A stretch of DNA of 64,000 nucleotides, taken from positions 2,656,001 to 2,720,000 of the forward strand of contig OY761556.1 in the NCBI GenBank assembly GCA_963664705.1. Direction: 5' to 3'. Made by a program: the position numbers and the translations under genes. Below, in pieces: positions 49,718-59,931 of this stretch (the first letter of the stretch is position 1; every line of letters starts with the position of its first letter). The notes under the pieces were generated by a model, which saw only the letters and a list, made by a program, of their open reading frames with translations, made no database searches and was not told where the DNA came from. This DNA comes from Acidobacteriota bacterium (GTDB lineage: Bacteria > Acidobacteriota > UBA6911).

Positions 49718-50571
49718 CGCGCTCAAGTAAACTCATGGGCATTCTAAGAATTCTGGGGCTTGCCGCATATTTCACCTTTGCGCTGGGACCCATCATTTGG
49801 ATAGCCATGATGTCCTTGAAGAACCCCAACGACGTCATCGCCAGTCCTCCAAAGTTTTTATTCACGCCCACCGCAGAGAACTATAAAGCGATTACCGTTG
49901 GCCAGCATGGGCAGAGAACGGAAACGGTGAAACCTGATTATCCAAAATACTTTTTGAACACCCTGATTATTGCATCTGCCACAGTAGCGGTTTCTCTGCT
50001 ACTGGGAACATTTGCGGCATACAGCCTGGCTCGATTTTCTTTCCGATTCAAAGAGGACATCGCCTTCACTTTTCTGAGCTTCCGGTTCGCCCCGGAACTC
50101 ATGGTTATTCTCCCGCTGTATGTCGTTTTCCAAAAAACAGGCCTGATCGATTCATATTCCGGCCTTACTGCAGCCTATCAGCTGATTACTTTGCCATTCA
50201 TGATTTGGGTACTGCGAGGATTCTTCGAAGATATTCCTCGAGAGATCGAACAGGCTGCACGAGTGGATGGCTATACCTGGCACGGCGTTTTCCGCAAGAT
50301 CTCGCTGCCTTTGGTTAAGCCCGGAATCGCTGCGGTGGTAATTCTTTCATTCATCTTCGCGTGGAATAATTTCATATTTTCTATGATCCTCGGAGGAGAA
50401 CGCACCCAAACCATCACCTTGGGTATTTTGGGATTTATCGGATACGAGCGGGTTCTTTGGGGACAAATGGCTGCTGCCACCATGATCTGCGTTATCCCGG
50501 AGCTTATCCTGGCGTTTTTTGTGCAGAGTTACATTGTGCGCGGACTCACTTTCGGTGCGCTAAAGAGGTAA
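49714..50571 (+). CDS. ABC permease (MalG-like)
   Basis: Motifs FFEDIPREIEQAARVDG and FIFAWNNF; ATGA overlap with the previous gene. Confidence 0.93.
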   Translation: MTRSSKLMGILRILGLAAYFTFALGPIIWIAMMSLKNPNDVIASPPKFLFTPTAENYKAITVGQHGQRTETVKPDYPKYFLNTLIIASATVAVSLLLGTFAAYSLARFSFRFKEDIAFTFLSFRFAPELMVILPLYVVFQKTGLIDSYSGLTAAYQLITLPFMIWVLRGFFEDIPREIEQAARVDGYTWHGVFRKISLPLVKPGIAAVVILSFIFAWNNFIFSMILGGERTQTITLGILGFIGYERVLWGQMAAATMICVIPELILAFFVQSYIVRGLTFGALKR

Positions 50572-50574
50572 TCG

Positions 50575-51681
50575 GTGGCGAATATCATTTTTCAGCATGT
50601 CCGAAAATGCTATGGCGATCACGAGGTCATTGATGATCTGAACCTGGAAATCCGGGACAGGGAGTTCTTTGTAATTCTCGGCGAATCCGGTGCCGGGAAA
50701 ACCACTATTCTCAAAATGATCGCCGGTGTCGAGCCCGTTACATCAGGCACAATCATTCTTGACGGGCAGCCGATCGAAAACCTGGCTCCTGAAAAGCGGG
50801 ATTGTGCCATGGTTTTTGAAACATATGCTCTGTATCCACACCTGTCCGTATTTGAAAACATTGCCTTTCCGCTTCGAGCTCCCGGGCGCCGGATCGATGA
50901 AGATCGGATCAAGCAGGCTGTAGTCCGGGTAGCCCGTACTCTGGGAATCGAGGCCTTTCTTGACCGCAGGCCGGCCGCCCTGAGTGGAGGTCAAAGACAA
51001 CGCGTATCTCTGGGACGTGCCCTGGTTCGGCAACCTGCCGTCTTTCTCATGGATGAACCACTCTCTCATCTGGATGCACGACTGCGCAACGAAATGAGAA
51101 CCGAGATCAAAACCATGCGAGAGTCTTTCGGGACCACAATTGTCTATGTTACACACGACTATAGTGAGGCTTTGGCCCTGGGAGATCGAATAGCAATTCT
51201 GCATCAGGGGCGCATTGAGCAGGTAGGGACGCCATCCCAGGTATTCCGTCGGCCCGCAAATCGCCTGGTGGCTGAATCCTTAGGCGATCCCCCAATGAAT
51301 TTTCTTTCAGGCATAATAGAATTCGATCAAAACCGAGCTTTGTTTGCGACCGGGAATCTGCAAATTCCCTTGTTCGATAACGCTCGACTTCGGGCGTATG
51401 AGGGAGAAAAAGTCTGGCTCGGACTCAGGCCGCAGCATATCCGACTGGAGCGCAACAGGCCGGACAATCCCTTCAACTTACCTTCAAAGCTATTTGTTCA
51501 AGAACTGATGGGAGACCATACCGTGGCTTCCGTTTTGGTAGAAGACCGCCTGTTCACCGCCTTGTGTAAACCCGCTCAGGTTTATCACATCGACGAGCCT
51601 CTGTATTTGGAATGGGCCCCTGAGCATCTATACCTGTTTTTGGAAGAGACAGGCGAGACACTGCTGGCAGAGGGCGACTGA
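50575..51681 (+). CDS. ABC ATPase (MalK-like) 1
   Basis: Walker A GESGAGKT, signature LSGGQ, Walker B FLMDEP, VTHD. Confidence 0.95.
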   Translation: MANIIFQHVRKCYGDHEVIDDLNLEIRDREFFVILGESGAGKTTILKMIAGVEPVTSGTIILDGQPIENLAPEKRDCAMVFETYALYPHLSVFENIAFPLRAPGRRIDEDRIKQAVVRVARTLGIEAFLDRRPAALSGGQRQRVSLGRALVRQPAVFLMDEPLSHLDARLRNEMRTEIKTMRESFGTTIVYVTHDYSEALALGDRIAILHQGRIEQVGTPSQVFRRPANRLVAESLGDPPMNFLSGIIEFDQNRALFATGNLQIPLFDNARLRAYEGEKVWLGLRPQHIRLERNRPDNPFNLPSKLFVQELMGDHTVASVLVEDRLFTALCKPAQVYHIDEPLYLEWAPEHLYLFLEETGETLLAEGD

Positions 51682-52793
51682 TGGCTGAGATAATTCTAAG
51701 CCACATAAGCAAGCGTTATGGCAAGGCGCACGGGTCTTTTGCCGTAAATGACTTATCACTCAGGATACGAGACAAGGAGTTTATTGTGCTCCTGGGACCT
51801 TCTGGCTGCGGCAAAACCTCCACTTTACGAATGATTGCAGGACTGGAGGAAATTTCCGAGGGAAACCTATCCTTTGACGGCAAGCGCATCAACGATCTTC
51901 CGCCCCAATCCAGAGATATTGCCATGGCCTTCGAGAATTATGCACTGTATCCCACGCTCGACGTTAAAGATAACATAGCGTTTCCGCTCATAATTCGCCG
52001 CTGGCCACAATCGCGAATAGATGAAAAAATCGCGTGGGTGGCTCAGGCGGTACAGATCACCGATATTCTCCACCGAAAACCGGTCGAACTGAGCGGCGGA
52101 CAACAACAGCGAGTTTCCCTGGCTCGCGCCCTCGTTCGGGAACCGCAGGTATTCCTGTTCGACGAACCCCTTTCACATTTAGACACAAAACAAAGACAAA
52201 CGATGCGCGCGCTGATCAAAAGGCTGCATTCCCAACTCCGGAAGACAGTGGTTTATGTCACTCACGACCAGAATGAAGCGATGGCTCTGGCAGACAGGAT
52301 TGCCATCATGCACCAGGGAGAACTTCAGCAGGTGGGCACCCCCGAGGAAATTCTGAACGAACCAGCGAATGCTTTTGTGGCCGCATTTGTGGGAGAGCCT
52401 GCCATGAATTTTCTGGATATTGAGATATTATCGGAGGATGACGGGGCGGCATGGGTCACTCATGCCGGCAACCGTTTGGCAGCCCTGCCCCTGACAATGA
52501 ATATGAAAGATCGGAAAGCACCCTTCGAGCCTTTGCAGGCTGGAATCCGTCCCCATCACATTGAGTTTTCCGAAACCAAGATGCGAGCCACAGATATTGC
52601 CGCGGAGGTCGGCACATACGAATCTCTTGGAGAAAGGGGCGTATTGACGATGCACGTCCAATCTCAAGACCTAACCATTCTGACACTCCCGGATATGCCA
52701 TTTCGGAAAGCCCAGCAGCTATGGATCCATTATCCTTTTGAACATATGCATTTCTTCTTTAAGGGAACAGGGGAAAGATTTCGTTGGATTTGA
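51681..52793 (+). CDS. ABC ATPase (MalK-like) 2
   Basis: Walker A GPSGCGKT, signature LSGGQ, Walker B FLFDEP, VTHD. Confidence 0.95.
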   Translation: MAEIILSHISKRYGKAHGSFAVNDLSLRIRDKEFIVLLGPSGCGKTSTLRMIAGLEEISEGNLSFDGKRINDLPPQSRDIAMAFENYALYPTLDVKDNIAFPLIIRRWPQSRIDEKIAWVAQAVQITDILHRKPVELSGGQQQRVSLARALVREPQVFLFDEPLSHLDTKQRQTMRALIKRLHSQLRKTVVYVTHDQNEAMALADRIAIMHQGELQQVGTPEEILNEPANAFVAAFVGEPAMNFLDIEILSEDDGAAWVTHAGNRLAALPLTMNMKDRKAPFEPLQAGIRPHHIEFSETKMRATDIAAEVGTYESLGERGVLTMHVQSQDLTILTLPDMPFRKAQQLWIHYPFEHMHFFFKGTGERFRWI

Positions 52794-52836
52794 TCAACAG
52801 TGGAAATGACTTCATGAAAAAGAGGGAGCAGGCCAA

Positions 52837-54891
52837 ATGAAAATGCGCTGCAGATGGAGTATGAATATTTTGCCTCTAGTTTGGTTGTTGTGCTTCTCTG
52901 TGAATCCATCCATGGCGCAAGTATCAAAACCGGGTGAATACAATGGATATTCATCGATACTGTATTCCGAAACAGTCCGCACTTCACAATATGTCGCCGC
53001 TCGAGATGGCACGAAACTGGCAGTAGACATATTAAGACCAGCCCAAAACGGGCTTGCGGTCAGCACACCTTATCCAGTGCTCTGGGTATATAACTGGGGA
53101 GGCAGATCGGCAAACGGCCGTCATGCAGTTGACAATTATGCGGAACTTGTTAAGCACGGATATGTTGTTGCATTTGCCGATGCCAGAGGAACGGGAGCGT
53201 CCTTTGGCGCCATGATTGGAAGTTATGCCCGTACCGAAGCCCGGGATGCTTACGATCTGACCGAATGGCTTGGAACTCAGCCTTGGAGCAATGGGAAAGT
53301 AGGCATGATGGGGTGTTCGCACTCCGGTCAAATAGAATGGCATGCAGCCAGCATGAGGCCGCCCCATCTCAAGGCAATCTTCCCGCAGTGTTACAGCTTC
53401 GATTATTACTTCGGGAAATCTCAGGGCGGTATTCACGGCACATTCCGCTCCGCAAACTCGTACGATCGCGAGAAAACGCTGGCCCCTGTAGATGAGGACC
53501 CGACCGGTGCCATGCGCGACGAAGCCATTGAACAACACAAAAAGGGCAAATCGGATCATGACGTTTTCAATTCCTTGCCCTTCAGGGACAGCTATTCTGC
53601 AATAACCAAGAGCAAGCCATGGGAAGAATCCAGTCCCGGCACCTACCTCAAAGACATCCAGTCGGCAGGAATTCCCATTTATCAGTGGGCAAGCTGGAAT
53701 GATTTTGCAACCAAGGTCATGCGGGATGCTTTCATATACCGGGCGAATGTATCCAGCGTCTATAAAACCAGCATTGGTCCGCTCGGGCATTGTGGATTTG
53801 GAAATTTCAACATTCTTGCCGAAGAGCGCCGCTGGTTCGACTACTGGCTTAAGGGAATTGACAACGGCATAACGAATGAGCCACCAATCTATTTCAATAT
53901 TTTGAATGCAGAAGCAGGCAAAGAATGGGAATTTTCCTGGAAATGGCCCTTGCCGAATGAAAAACGTGTAACCTATTATCTTGCGCAGGGGCCATCAGGA
54001 AGCGCAAATGCCGGTGCAAATGACGGCATGTTAAGTCCAACTGCTTCAGAGAGCCTGTCAGCCAAAGACAGCCTCCCGGCCAATTACAAAATTGCCGCAG
54101 CCAACCGGGATGCATTGGGAACTACTTATACCACGGCAGCTTTTACATCCGACACAGCGCTTATAGGTTATGTGCGTGCGGAGCTCTGGGCGTCCTCTTC
54201 AGCCGCGGACCAGGATTTCTTCGCCTTTCTTGAAGACATTGACGGGACTGGCAAAGCTTCAGTTATCACGCAATTCCAATTGAGAGCATCCCATCGAGCC
54301 CTCAGCAAACCCCAATTCAATAATTTGGGACTTCCCTGGCGAGCCAATCTCGAATCAGAAGCTGCACCGCTCGCACCAAATCAACCGGTAGAACTGGTAT
54401 TTGATCCCATGCCGGTTTCGTACATTGTCAAAGCCGGCCGCCGTATTCGGCTGACGATTGTCAATGCATACCCGGCATCCGCGTTCCTTACGCCTGAAGA
54501 TGCGATCGTCAATATTTACCGAGATGCGCGGCACACTTCCCGCATTTCCCTGCCAATCGCTACGGATCCTATAAAGGTGGACATTGAGGTTAAGCCGGAA
54601 ACCCTCAACCTTAACAGCAATGGAGAATTCAGTATTTCCATATTGCCATCACCCAAATTGGGCAAAGGATACACAGCCGAGGATATTGATGTCGCGTCTT
54701 TACGATGTAATGGCGCCGGAGCGGTGAGTTCGAAGGTGATTCGACATTCCCTTGTAGCAAGGTTTAGGATACGGGACCTTGGCAAATTGTCATCGGGCCT
54801 CCCGCTTAAGTTGGATTTGGCCGGAAAGTTTCGCTACGACATTCCTTTCGCGGGCAACACAACTGTGCATGTGCCAGGCCCGAATAGATAG
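52837..54891 (+). CDS. Exported CocE/NonD family hydrolase with an extra C-terminal domain
   Basis: Motifs RDGTKLAVDILRP, DARGTGASFG, QPWSNGKVGMMGCSHSG, PPHLKAIFP, RWFDYWLKG; tail DIEVKPETLNL. Confidence 0.92.
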   Translation: MKMRCRWSMNILPLVWLLCFSVNPSMAQVSKPGEYNGYSSILYSETVRTSQYVAARDGTKLAVDILRPAQNGLAVSTPYPVLWVYNWGGRSANGRHAVDNYAELVKHGYVVAFADARGTGASFGAMIGSYARTEARDAYDLTEWLGTQPWSNGKVGMMGCSHSGQIEWHAASMRPPHLKAIFPQCYSFDYYFGKSQGGIHGTFRSANSYDREKTLAPVDEDPTGAMRDEAIEQHKKGKSDHDVFNSLPFRDSYSAITKSKPWEESSPGTYLKDIQSAGIPIYQWASWNDFATKVMRDAFIYRANVSSVYKTSIGPLGHCGFGNFNILAEERRWFDYWLKGIDNGITNEPPIYFNILNAEAGKEWEFSWKWPLPNEKRVTYYLAQGPSGSANAGANDGMLSPTASESLSAKDSLPANYKIAAANRDALGTTYTTAAFTSDTALIGYVRAELWASSSAADQDFFAFLEDIDGTGKASVITQFQLRASHRALSKPQFNNLGLPWRANLESEAAPLAPNQPVELVFDPMPVSYIVKAGRRIRLTIVNAYPASAFLTPEDAIVNIYRDARHTSRISLPIATDPIKVDIEVKPETLNLNSNGEFSISILPSPKLGKGYTAEDIDVASLRCNGAGAVSSKVIRHSLVARFRIRDLGKLSSGLPLKLDLAGKFRYDIPFAGNTTVHVPGPNR

Positions 54892-54942
54892 TGATCGGAG
54901 AAACGTCAACGTAGATTTTGCAGATCGACCACACCCGCATTT

Positions 54943-56148
54943 TTACTGATTATTCCGCCACAGGTTGGGCAGAAATCTATAGTAGAGAAGGTGCCGCCAC
55001 GTAGCCCAGTCGTGGCCTCCGTAGCCGCCTACATAGTATTCGTGCCGAATATTGTGCTTCAAGAGAGCTTCATGCAGTGCTGTGCACCGGGCCCCCATCG
55101 GCCCTTTGGCCTCTTCCGATCCCTGCCCTACAAACAAATAGACTAGCTTCTTGTTTACCTCTGGATCGTTAAGGAACTTGGCTATGCCCTTTTCTGCATC
55201 CACATCCCCTGCGCTGAGAACACCGAAGGAAGCGAACAAATCAAGCGAACGAAATCCAACAAACATCGTGTGTCGACCACCCATCGAAAGACCCGACAGT
55301 GCGCGGCCTTGAGGATTTTTTCGCACGCTATAGTTTGCCTCTACGAGCGGGATGACATGCTTGCGCATCTCTGCCTCAAACAGGTCAAACGTAAGCTCGG
55401 CGTGCTTGGGATGATTTCTGTGCAGCATCTGGTTATTTGGAATTGCAATCACCATCGGTACGGCCTTGCCCTCAGTCAGCAGATTATCCAGCATGAAATT
55501 GGCGCGGCCTTCATATATCCAGTTGTGAGGCAAATCGCCGCTGCCACCCACAAGATAGAGTGTTGGATAGGCCTTCGTGTGATCGTAGCCCGGCGGAGTA
55601 TAGACATACAACTCACGCTCACCCTTTGTCACATCGGAGTAGTAGACATGGCGTGTTACCAAACCATGAGGAATGTTGCGGGCATCATAATAGGCGGGGC
55701 CATCTCCATGCACCACCAGTGTGCTGAAAGGCGGCATCGCGGTAAACCCGGCCACCGTGTTGTTGGGATCGGCAATTCTGACTCCGTCCACAATGAAGTG
55801 ATACTGGTACATATCAGGCCTCAGCGGTCCCACAGTTAATGCCCACACGTCATTCTCGCCTTTCGTAAAAGGCACGGCTTTGTTCCCAGCCCCAAGCGCC
55901 GTAAGCAACGCAACACCCGATAATGAAACCTCCTTGGCAGCCGGGGCAGTCAGACGAAAAGTAACCGTCCGATCGTCACGAACTTCCGGAGAATTGGCGG
56001 CCGCACTGAACGGTATGAGGTTCTCGATGTTCTTCTGCGGATTGTAATCCAGGTTGACGTTCGCCTGCTGGGCCCTAAGAAGGCACGGCCCGATCAGGCA
56101 AACAATGGTAAAAGCGGCCACTCTTAGTCGAATAGGCATCAGATCCAT
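54943..56148 (-). CDS. Exported CE1-type esterase with CBM48/E-set domain
   Basis: Motifs RTVTFRL, NIPHG, YVYTPPGY, RALSGLSMGG, GGHDWATWR. Confidence 0.9.
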   Translation of the reverse strand: MDLMPIRLRVAAFTIVCLIGPCLLRAQQANVNLDYNPQKNIENLIPFSAAANSPEVRDDRTVTFRLTAPAAKEVSLSGVALLTALGAGNKAVPFTKGENDVWALTVGPLRPDMYQYHFIVDGVRIADPNNTVAGFTAMPPFSTLVVHGDGPAYYDARNIPHGLVTRHVYYSDVTKGERELYVYTPPGYDHTKAYPTLYLVGGSGDLPHNWIYEGRANFMLDNLLTEGKAVPMVIAIPNNQMLHRNHPKHAELTFDLFEAEMRKHVIPLVEANYSVRKNPQGRALSGLSMGGRHTMFVGFRSLDLFASFGVLSAGDVDAEKGIAKFLNDPEVNKKLVYLFVGQGSEEAKGPMGARCTALHEALLKHNIRHEYYVGGYGGHDWATWRHLLYYRFLPNLWRNNQ

Positions 56149-56204
56149 GACCTCCAATCGGGCTCAGACAGTTTATAGGTATTCACCTTACCCGTATTCT
56201 TCAT

Positions 56205-56253
56205 TGTATTATATCTGCATTATTATTGCATTTTACTTGCATATATGTTGCAT
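56205..56253. promoter_or_regulatory. Five TG(C/T)AT direct repeats at exact 11-bp spacing (candidate operator array)
   Basis: TGTAT at 56205; TGCAT at 56216, 56227, 56238 and 56249; divergent intergenic region. Confidence 0.65.
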
Positions 56254-56320
56254 TTGTATTTTCCCATGCCTGACACTTTGCTCAGAGGTGCAAACCTATT
56301 CGCTATAAAAGGAGATCGAC

Positions 56321-58174
56321 ATGATGAAACGATACTCTGTGTTGATGAGCCTAATTCTGTGCATTCATGTTTTTGCATCGGGGGGCAATACGAACAATGC
56401 TCCCGGTGCTGCAAACGTGAACACCAACGCAGGGACTGGAAACTCCGAGTCCAACTCGTCAGCAAGTAATCGCGTCTCCAAACCTGGCCAATATGCCGGC
56501 TATGGCGATGCGGTTTACGATGATAAATACGAGCTTATCTCTCAGTACGTCCCAGTGAGCGATGGAGTAAGGCTCGCCGTAGATATATATCGTCCCAAGG
56601 ACAAAAATACAGGCAAGGTGGTCGATACCAGACTTCCGGTTCTGTGGATGCATACCCCTTACAACCGCAGATATAGCAGCGACAAGGTGCTGACAGGAGA
56701 GGGCTACCCGGGAACGGCAGCCAAGCTGGTAAAATATGGATACGTGGTCGCCATTGTTGACTTTCGCGGACTATACGCTTCTTACGGACATAACGTCGCG
56801 TATAATCGTGGCGAATGGCTCACAGCTGCGCGCCGGGATGCATACGACATCACCGAATGGCTTGCCAAACAATCATGGAGCAACGGCAATATCGGCATGT
56901 GGGGCTGTTCGGCCACCGGCGGGAGCCAACTGCAGGCTGCGACCACTGCGCCTCCTCACCTGAAGGCGATATTTCCAATGAGCTGCGAGTTCGACGCCTA
57001 TTCGTTCCGTGTGCCAGGTGGAATGGCGCCAGCCATAAATACCGGAACCAATCCTCCACCCAAAATTCAATCCGGTCAAAAATCCCGCGATGCCTCGGCG
57101 GAACCGGTAGATGGCGACACCGATCGATCACAGCTGAATCAGGCGATTGCGGATCATGCCGGCACCGTTGAAAACGAGGGCTATGCTCCCTACAGAGACA
57201 GCTTCGCAGACGCCATCGTTGATACAGGCTCCCAACCGTGGTGGATCAAAAGCAGCCCTCATGCCTACATTGTACAGATCAAGGCATCTAAAACCGCCAT
57301 GTACCTCGCAGCCAACTGGGACGAAGGAGCCACCAAGCACGGCGCATTCTTTACGTTCAACAATGTAACCAACCCGGCAAAACTGATCATAGGTCCCGGA
57401 GGACACTGCGGCTGGTCCATGGTTCAGAGCCAAACGAAGTTTGACATCACCATTGAAGAACGTCGCTTTTTTGATTACTGGCTGAAGGGTATCGACAACG
57501 GCGTCATGAAGGAAGATCCCGTATATTTCTATACGTATAATGCTCCGCCCGGTTCCGAGTGGCAATCGGCGAAACAATGGCCGCTGCCTAACGAGAAAAG
57601 AACCAAATACTACCTGGAAAAAAACTCATTGACCTCGGCAGCGCCAACGGGAATTGACCAAAAAGACACAATCGCGGTCGATTACGCGGTTGCTCCCGCA
57701 AACACGACGGCCAAGGGCCTTGTATACACAACCGCTCCGCTTGGTTCCGATGTTCAAGTCACCGGACATCCTTCCGTCAATTTGTGGGCGTCTTCAACTG
57801 CCAATGACGGAGACTTCATTGCCACCATTCAGGACGTCGCCCCTGACGGTACCGCCACATCGTATAATGTAAACGGAAGGCTGCGCGCGTCGTTGCGCAA
57901 GCTGAAAAACTCGCCGTACAACAATCTCGGACTTCCCTGGCATGGCTTTGAAAAGGCAGACGCCGCTCCTTTGGATCCGGGCAAGCCAACCGAGCTCGTA
58001 TTCGAAATATTGCCGATATCAATGATATTTAGGGCCGGCCACAGCATACGGCTGGTGATAACTTTTGCCGATGCAAGGTCAACCCCAAGGCTTGATCCGG
58101 CGCCGAATGTTACGATTTATCGCGATTCAACTCACAGATCCTATGTTACGTTGCCAATTATCGAAGCAAGGTAG
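56321..58174 (+). CDS. Exported CocE/NonD family hydrolase; paralogue of 52837-54891
   Basis: Motifs SDGVRLAVDIYRP, HTPYNR, WSNGNIGMWGCSATG, PPHLKAIFP, GPGGHCG, RFFDYWLKG. Confidence 0.93.
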   Translation: MMKRYSVLMSLILCIHVFASGGNTNNAPGAANVNTNAGTGNSESNSSASNRVSKPGQYAGYGDAVYDDKYELISQYVPVSDGVRLAVDIYRPKDKNTGKVVDTRLPVLWMHTPYNRRYSSDKVLTGEGYPGTAAKLVKYGYVVAIVDFRGLYASYGHNVAYNRGEWLTAARRDAYDITEWLAKQSWSNGNIGMWGCSATGGSQLQAATTAPPHLKAIFPMSCEFDAYSFRVPGGMAPAINTGTNPPPKIQSGQKSRDASAEPVDGDTDRSQLNQAIADHAGTVENEGYAPYRDSFADAIVDTGSQPWWIKSSPHAYIVQIKASKTAMYLAANWDEGATKHGAFFTFNNVTNPAKLIIGPGGHCGWSMVQSQTKFDITIEERRFFDYWLKGIDNGVMKEDPVYFYTYNAPPGSEWQSAKQWPLPNEKRTKYYLEKNSLTSAAPTGIDQKDTIAVDYAVAPANTTAKGLVYTTAPLGSDVQVTGHPSVNLWASSTANDGDFIATIQDVAPDGTATSYNVNGRLRASLRKLKNSPYNNLGLPWHGFEKADAAPLDPGKPTELVFEILPISMIFRAGHSIRLVITFADARSTPRLDPAPNVTIYRDSTHRSYVTLPIIEAR

Positions 58175-58271
58175 ATAATCGCTCTTAAACATAGGCAATC
58201 GCATCTCGACGAATTGGGAATTACGATAGTCGATCTCTTCGTCAATCTTCAGTTTTAAGCCGACAAATAGT

Positions 58272-59894
58272 TCATCTGCCGGAATCAAGCAGGATTTGGC
58301 GTATCTCCCGATAGGGATCGTTCTGTATCGTACTGTTGAGATTAAAAATCATCGTTGCACGGCTCTTAAGATCGTAAGGCTTCCACGGCGGCAGGCCTGT
58401 CGCATTCGGATTCCCTAATCGGGCGAAAGCAATCCAAGCGGCGCTCATTTGATCTGCAACCTTTTGCGGTTCCGATCCCGGTCCAACCATACTGCGCGAG
58501 GTCTCAACATTATTGAAAACCAGTGGAAGATCGAGCGCATGGTGAGCCCGGAGGCGCCCTCCATCCACCGGTGTTTCCCATGCCAGCATGTACACATAAG
58601 CCGGGGCTGCATTTTGAGCCGCTTTGCGTTCCGCCTGAAGCACCGTGGCGATCCAATAACCTTTCAAGGTCTCTACAACCGTAATCAGATGGCTAGGGGA
58701 ATAGTCAGGAAAAGTCTTACGCAATACGGGTATCAATGCCTCCGCTTTTCCGGGAAGCTGTTTGCGCATGTATTCCGCAAAATCCTCATACGTGGCAGCG
58801 CCGAACTTCGGATCTCGAGCCCGGAAGATGGTCATTTCATCCTTATTTGAACCGATGAGCATCGGGATCCCCGCGGAAATGGGAGGACCGTCCGGTATAA
58901 ATGGCTTTCGCGGCAAAGCAATTCCGTCCACGCATGGAACAAAGCCGCTGATCGGCATTGTCAATTGACCGGCCGGCGATGCCGCAGGAGGCAATACAGG
59001 TTGAGCATCGAAGATCTTCTGTGTGCTGGCTCGTTTAAGGGCCTCTTGATCACCTTCCGCAATTCCAAGTTTCTTTAATAATTCCCGTCCCAAAGTGACC
59101 GCTTCTTCTGCGGAAGGGGCGTCCAGTCCGGAGCCGCTTTGAATAATGGCTTTGTGGAACAGTCCCCTTGCCGCTGGCATTGCCATCAACATAGGAACCT
59201 TGCGGGCGCCTCCGCTTTCCCCGAATATGGTTACATTGGCAGGATTGCCACCAAAACGAGAGATGTTGTCGCGCACCCATTCAAGGCTCAAGACAATATC
59301 CAGCATTCCGGCCTGCCCTGATGAAGCATACTCAGGCCCCCACTCCTTGCCGAGCTGGAGATAACCAAAAACATTCAACCTATGGTTTACTGAAACAATC
59401 ACCACATCGCCTTTGAGGGCAAGATTTCCACCCTCTGTAATGGCGTCTCCACCTGAGCCTGATGAAAATCCGCCGCCATGCAGCCAGACCATCACGGGTC
59501 TCCTTTTGTTGTCGATCCCGGGCGTCCATACGTTGAGAAACAGGCAGTCTTCGCTCATCCCTGGAGTGCCAACCTCAGCCGATGGCCCGCTGGAAGTCTG
59601 AACCGCACGTGCTCCAAATTTAGATGCATCCGCAATATTGGTCCAGGGTTCAGGTTTGCGGGGAGGCTTGAAACGTAGATTGCCTAGAGGCGGGGCGCCA
59701 TAGCGCACACCCTTAAAAACATGGAGTCCCCTATTGTCCGCATATCCGCGGACAGGTCCGTTTGAGGTTTTCACAATCTGCGTGGGAGATTCTGTTTCCA
59801 CGGCGCTGCTGGCATATCCTGCAAGCACGATGACCATCAGGATTGCTGCCATCCGGAGTACTCTTTTCCGGCAACTGAAAGTTGATTGCATCAT
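58272..59894 (-). CDS. Exported type-B carboxylesterase
   Basis: Motifs FKGVRYGAPP, SEDCLFLNVW, GESGGA, NKDE, AHHALD. Confidence 0.95.
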   Translation of the reverse strand: MMQSTFSCRKRVLRMAAILMVIVLAGYASSAVETESPTQIVKTSNGPVRGYADNRGLHVFKGVRYGAPPLGNLRFKPPRKPEPWTNIADASKFGARAVQTSSGPSAEVGTPGMSEDCLFLNVWTPGIDNKRRPVMVWLHGGGFSSGSGGDAITEGGNLALKGDVVIVSVNHRLNVFGYLQLGKEWGPEYASSGQAGMLDIVLSLEWVRDNISRFGGNPANVTIFGESGGARKVPMLMAMPAARGLFHKAIIQSGSGLDAPSAEEAVTLGRELLKKLGIAEGDQEALKRASTQKIFDAQPVLPPAASPAGQLTMPISGFVPCVDGIALPRKPFIPDGPPISAGIPMLIGSNKDEMTIFRARDPKFGAATYEDFAEYMRKQLPGKAEALIPVLRKTFPDYSPSHLITVVETLKGYWIATVLQAERKAAQNAAPAYVYMLAWETPVDGGRLRAHHALDLPLVFNNVETSRSMVGPGSEPQKVADQMSAAWIAFARLGNPNATGLPPWKPYDLKSRATMIFNLNSTIQNDPYREIRQILLDSGR

Positions 59895-59931
59895 CTCAGA
59901 TTCTCCTCAATTCGAACGCAAACCCGACGGA

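Noticed and set aside
32028-52793. Complete sulfoquinovose degradation pathway
   Set aside because: No GH31 sulfoquinovosidase, SQ dehydrogenase or aldolase is visible, and the GRE lacks the CxE motif of IslA/HpsG. Kept only as a weak possibility.
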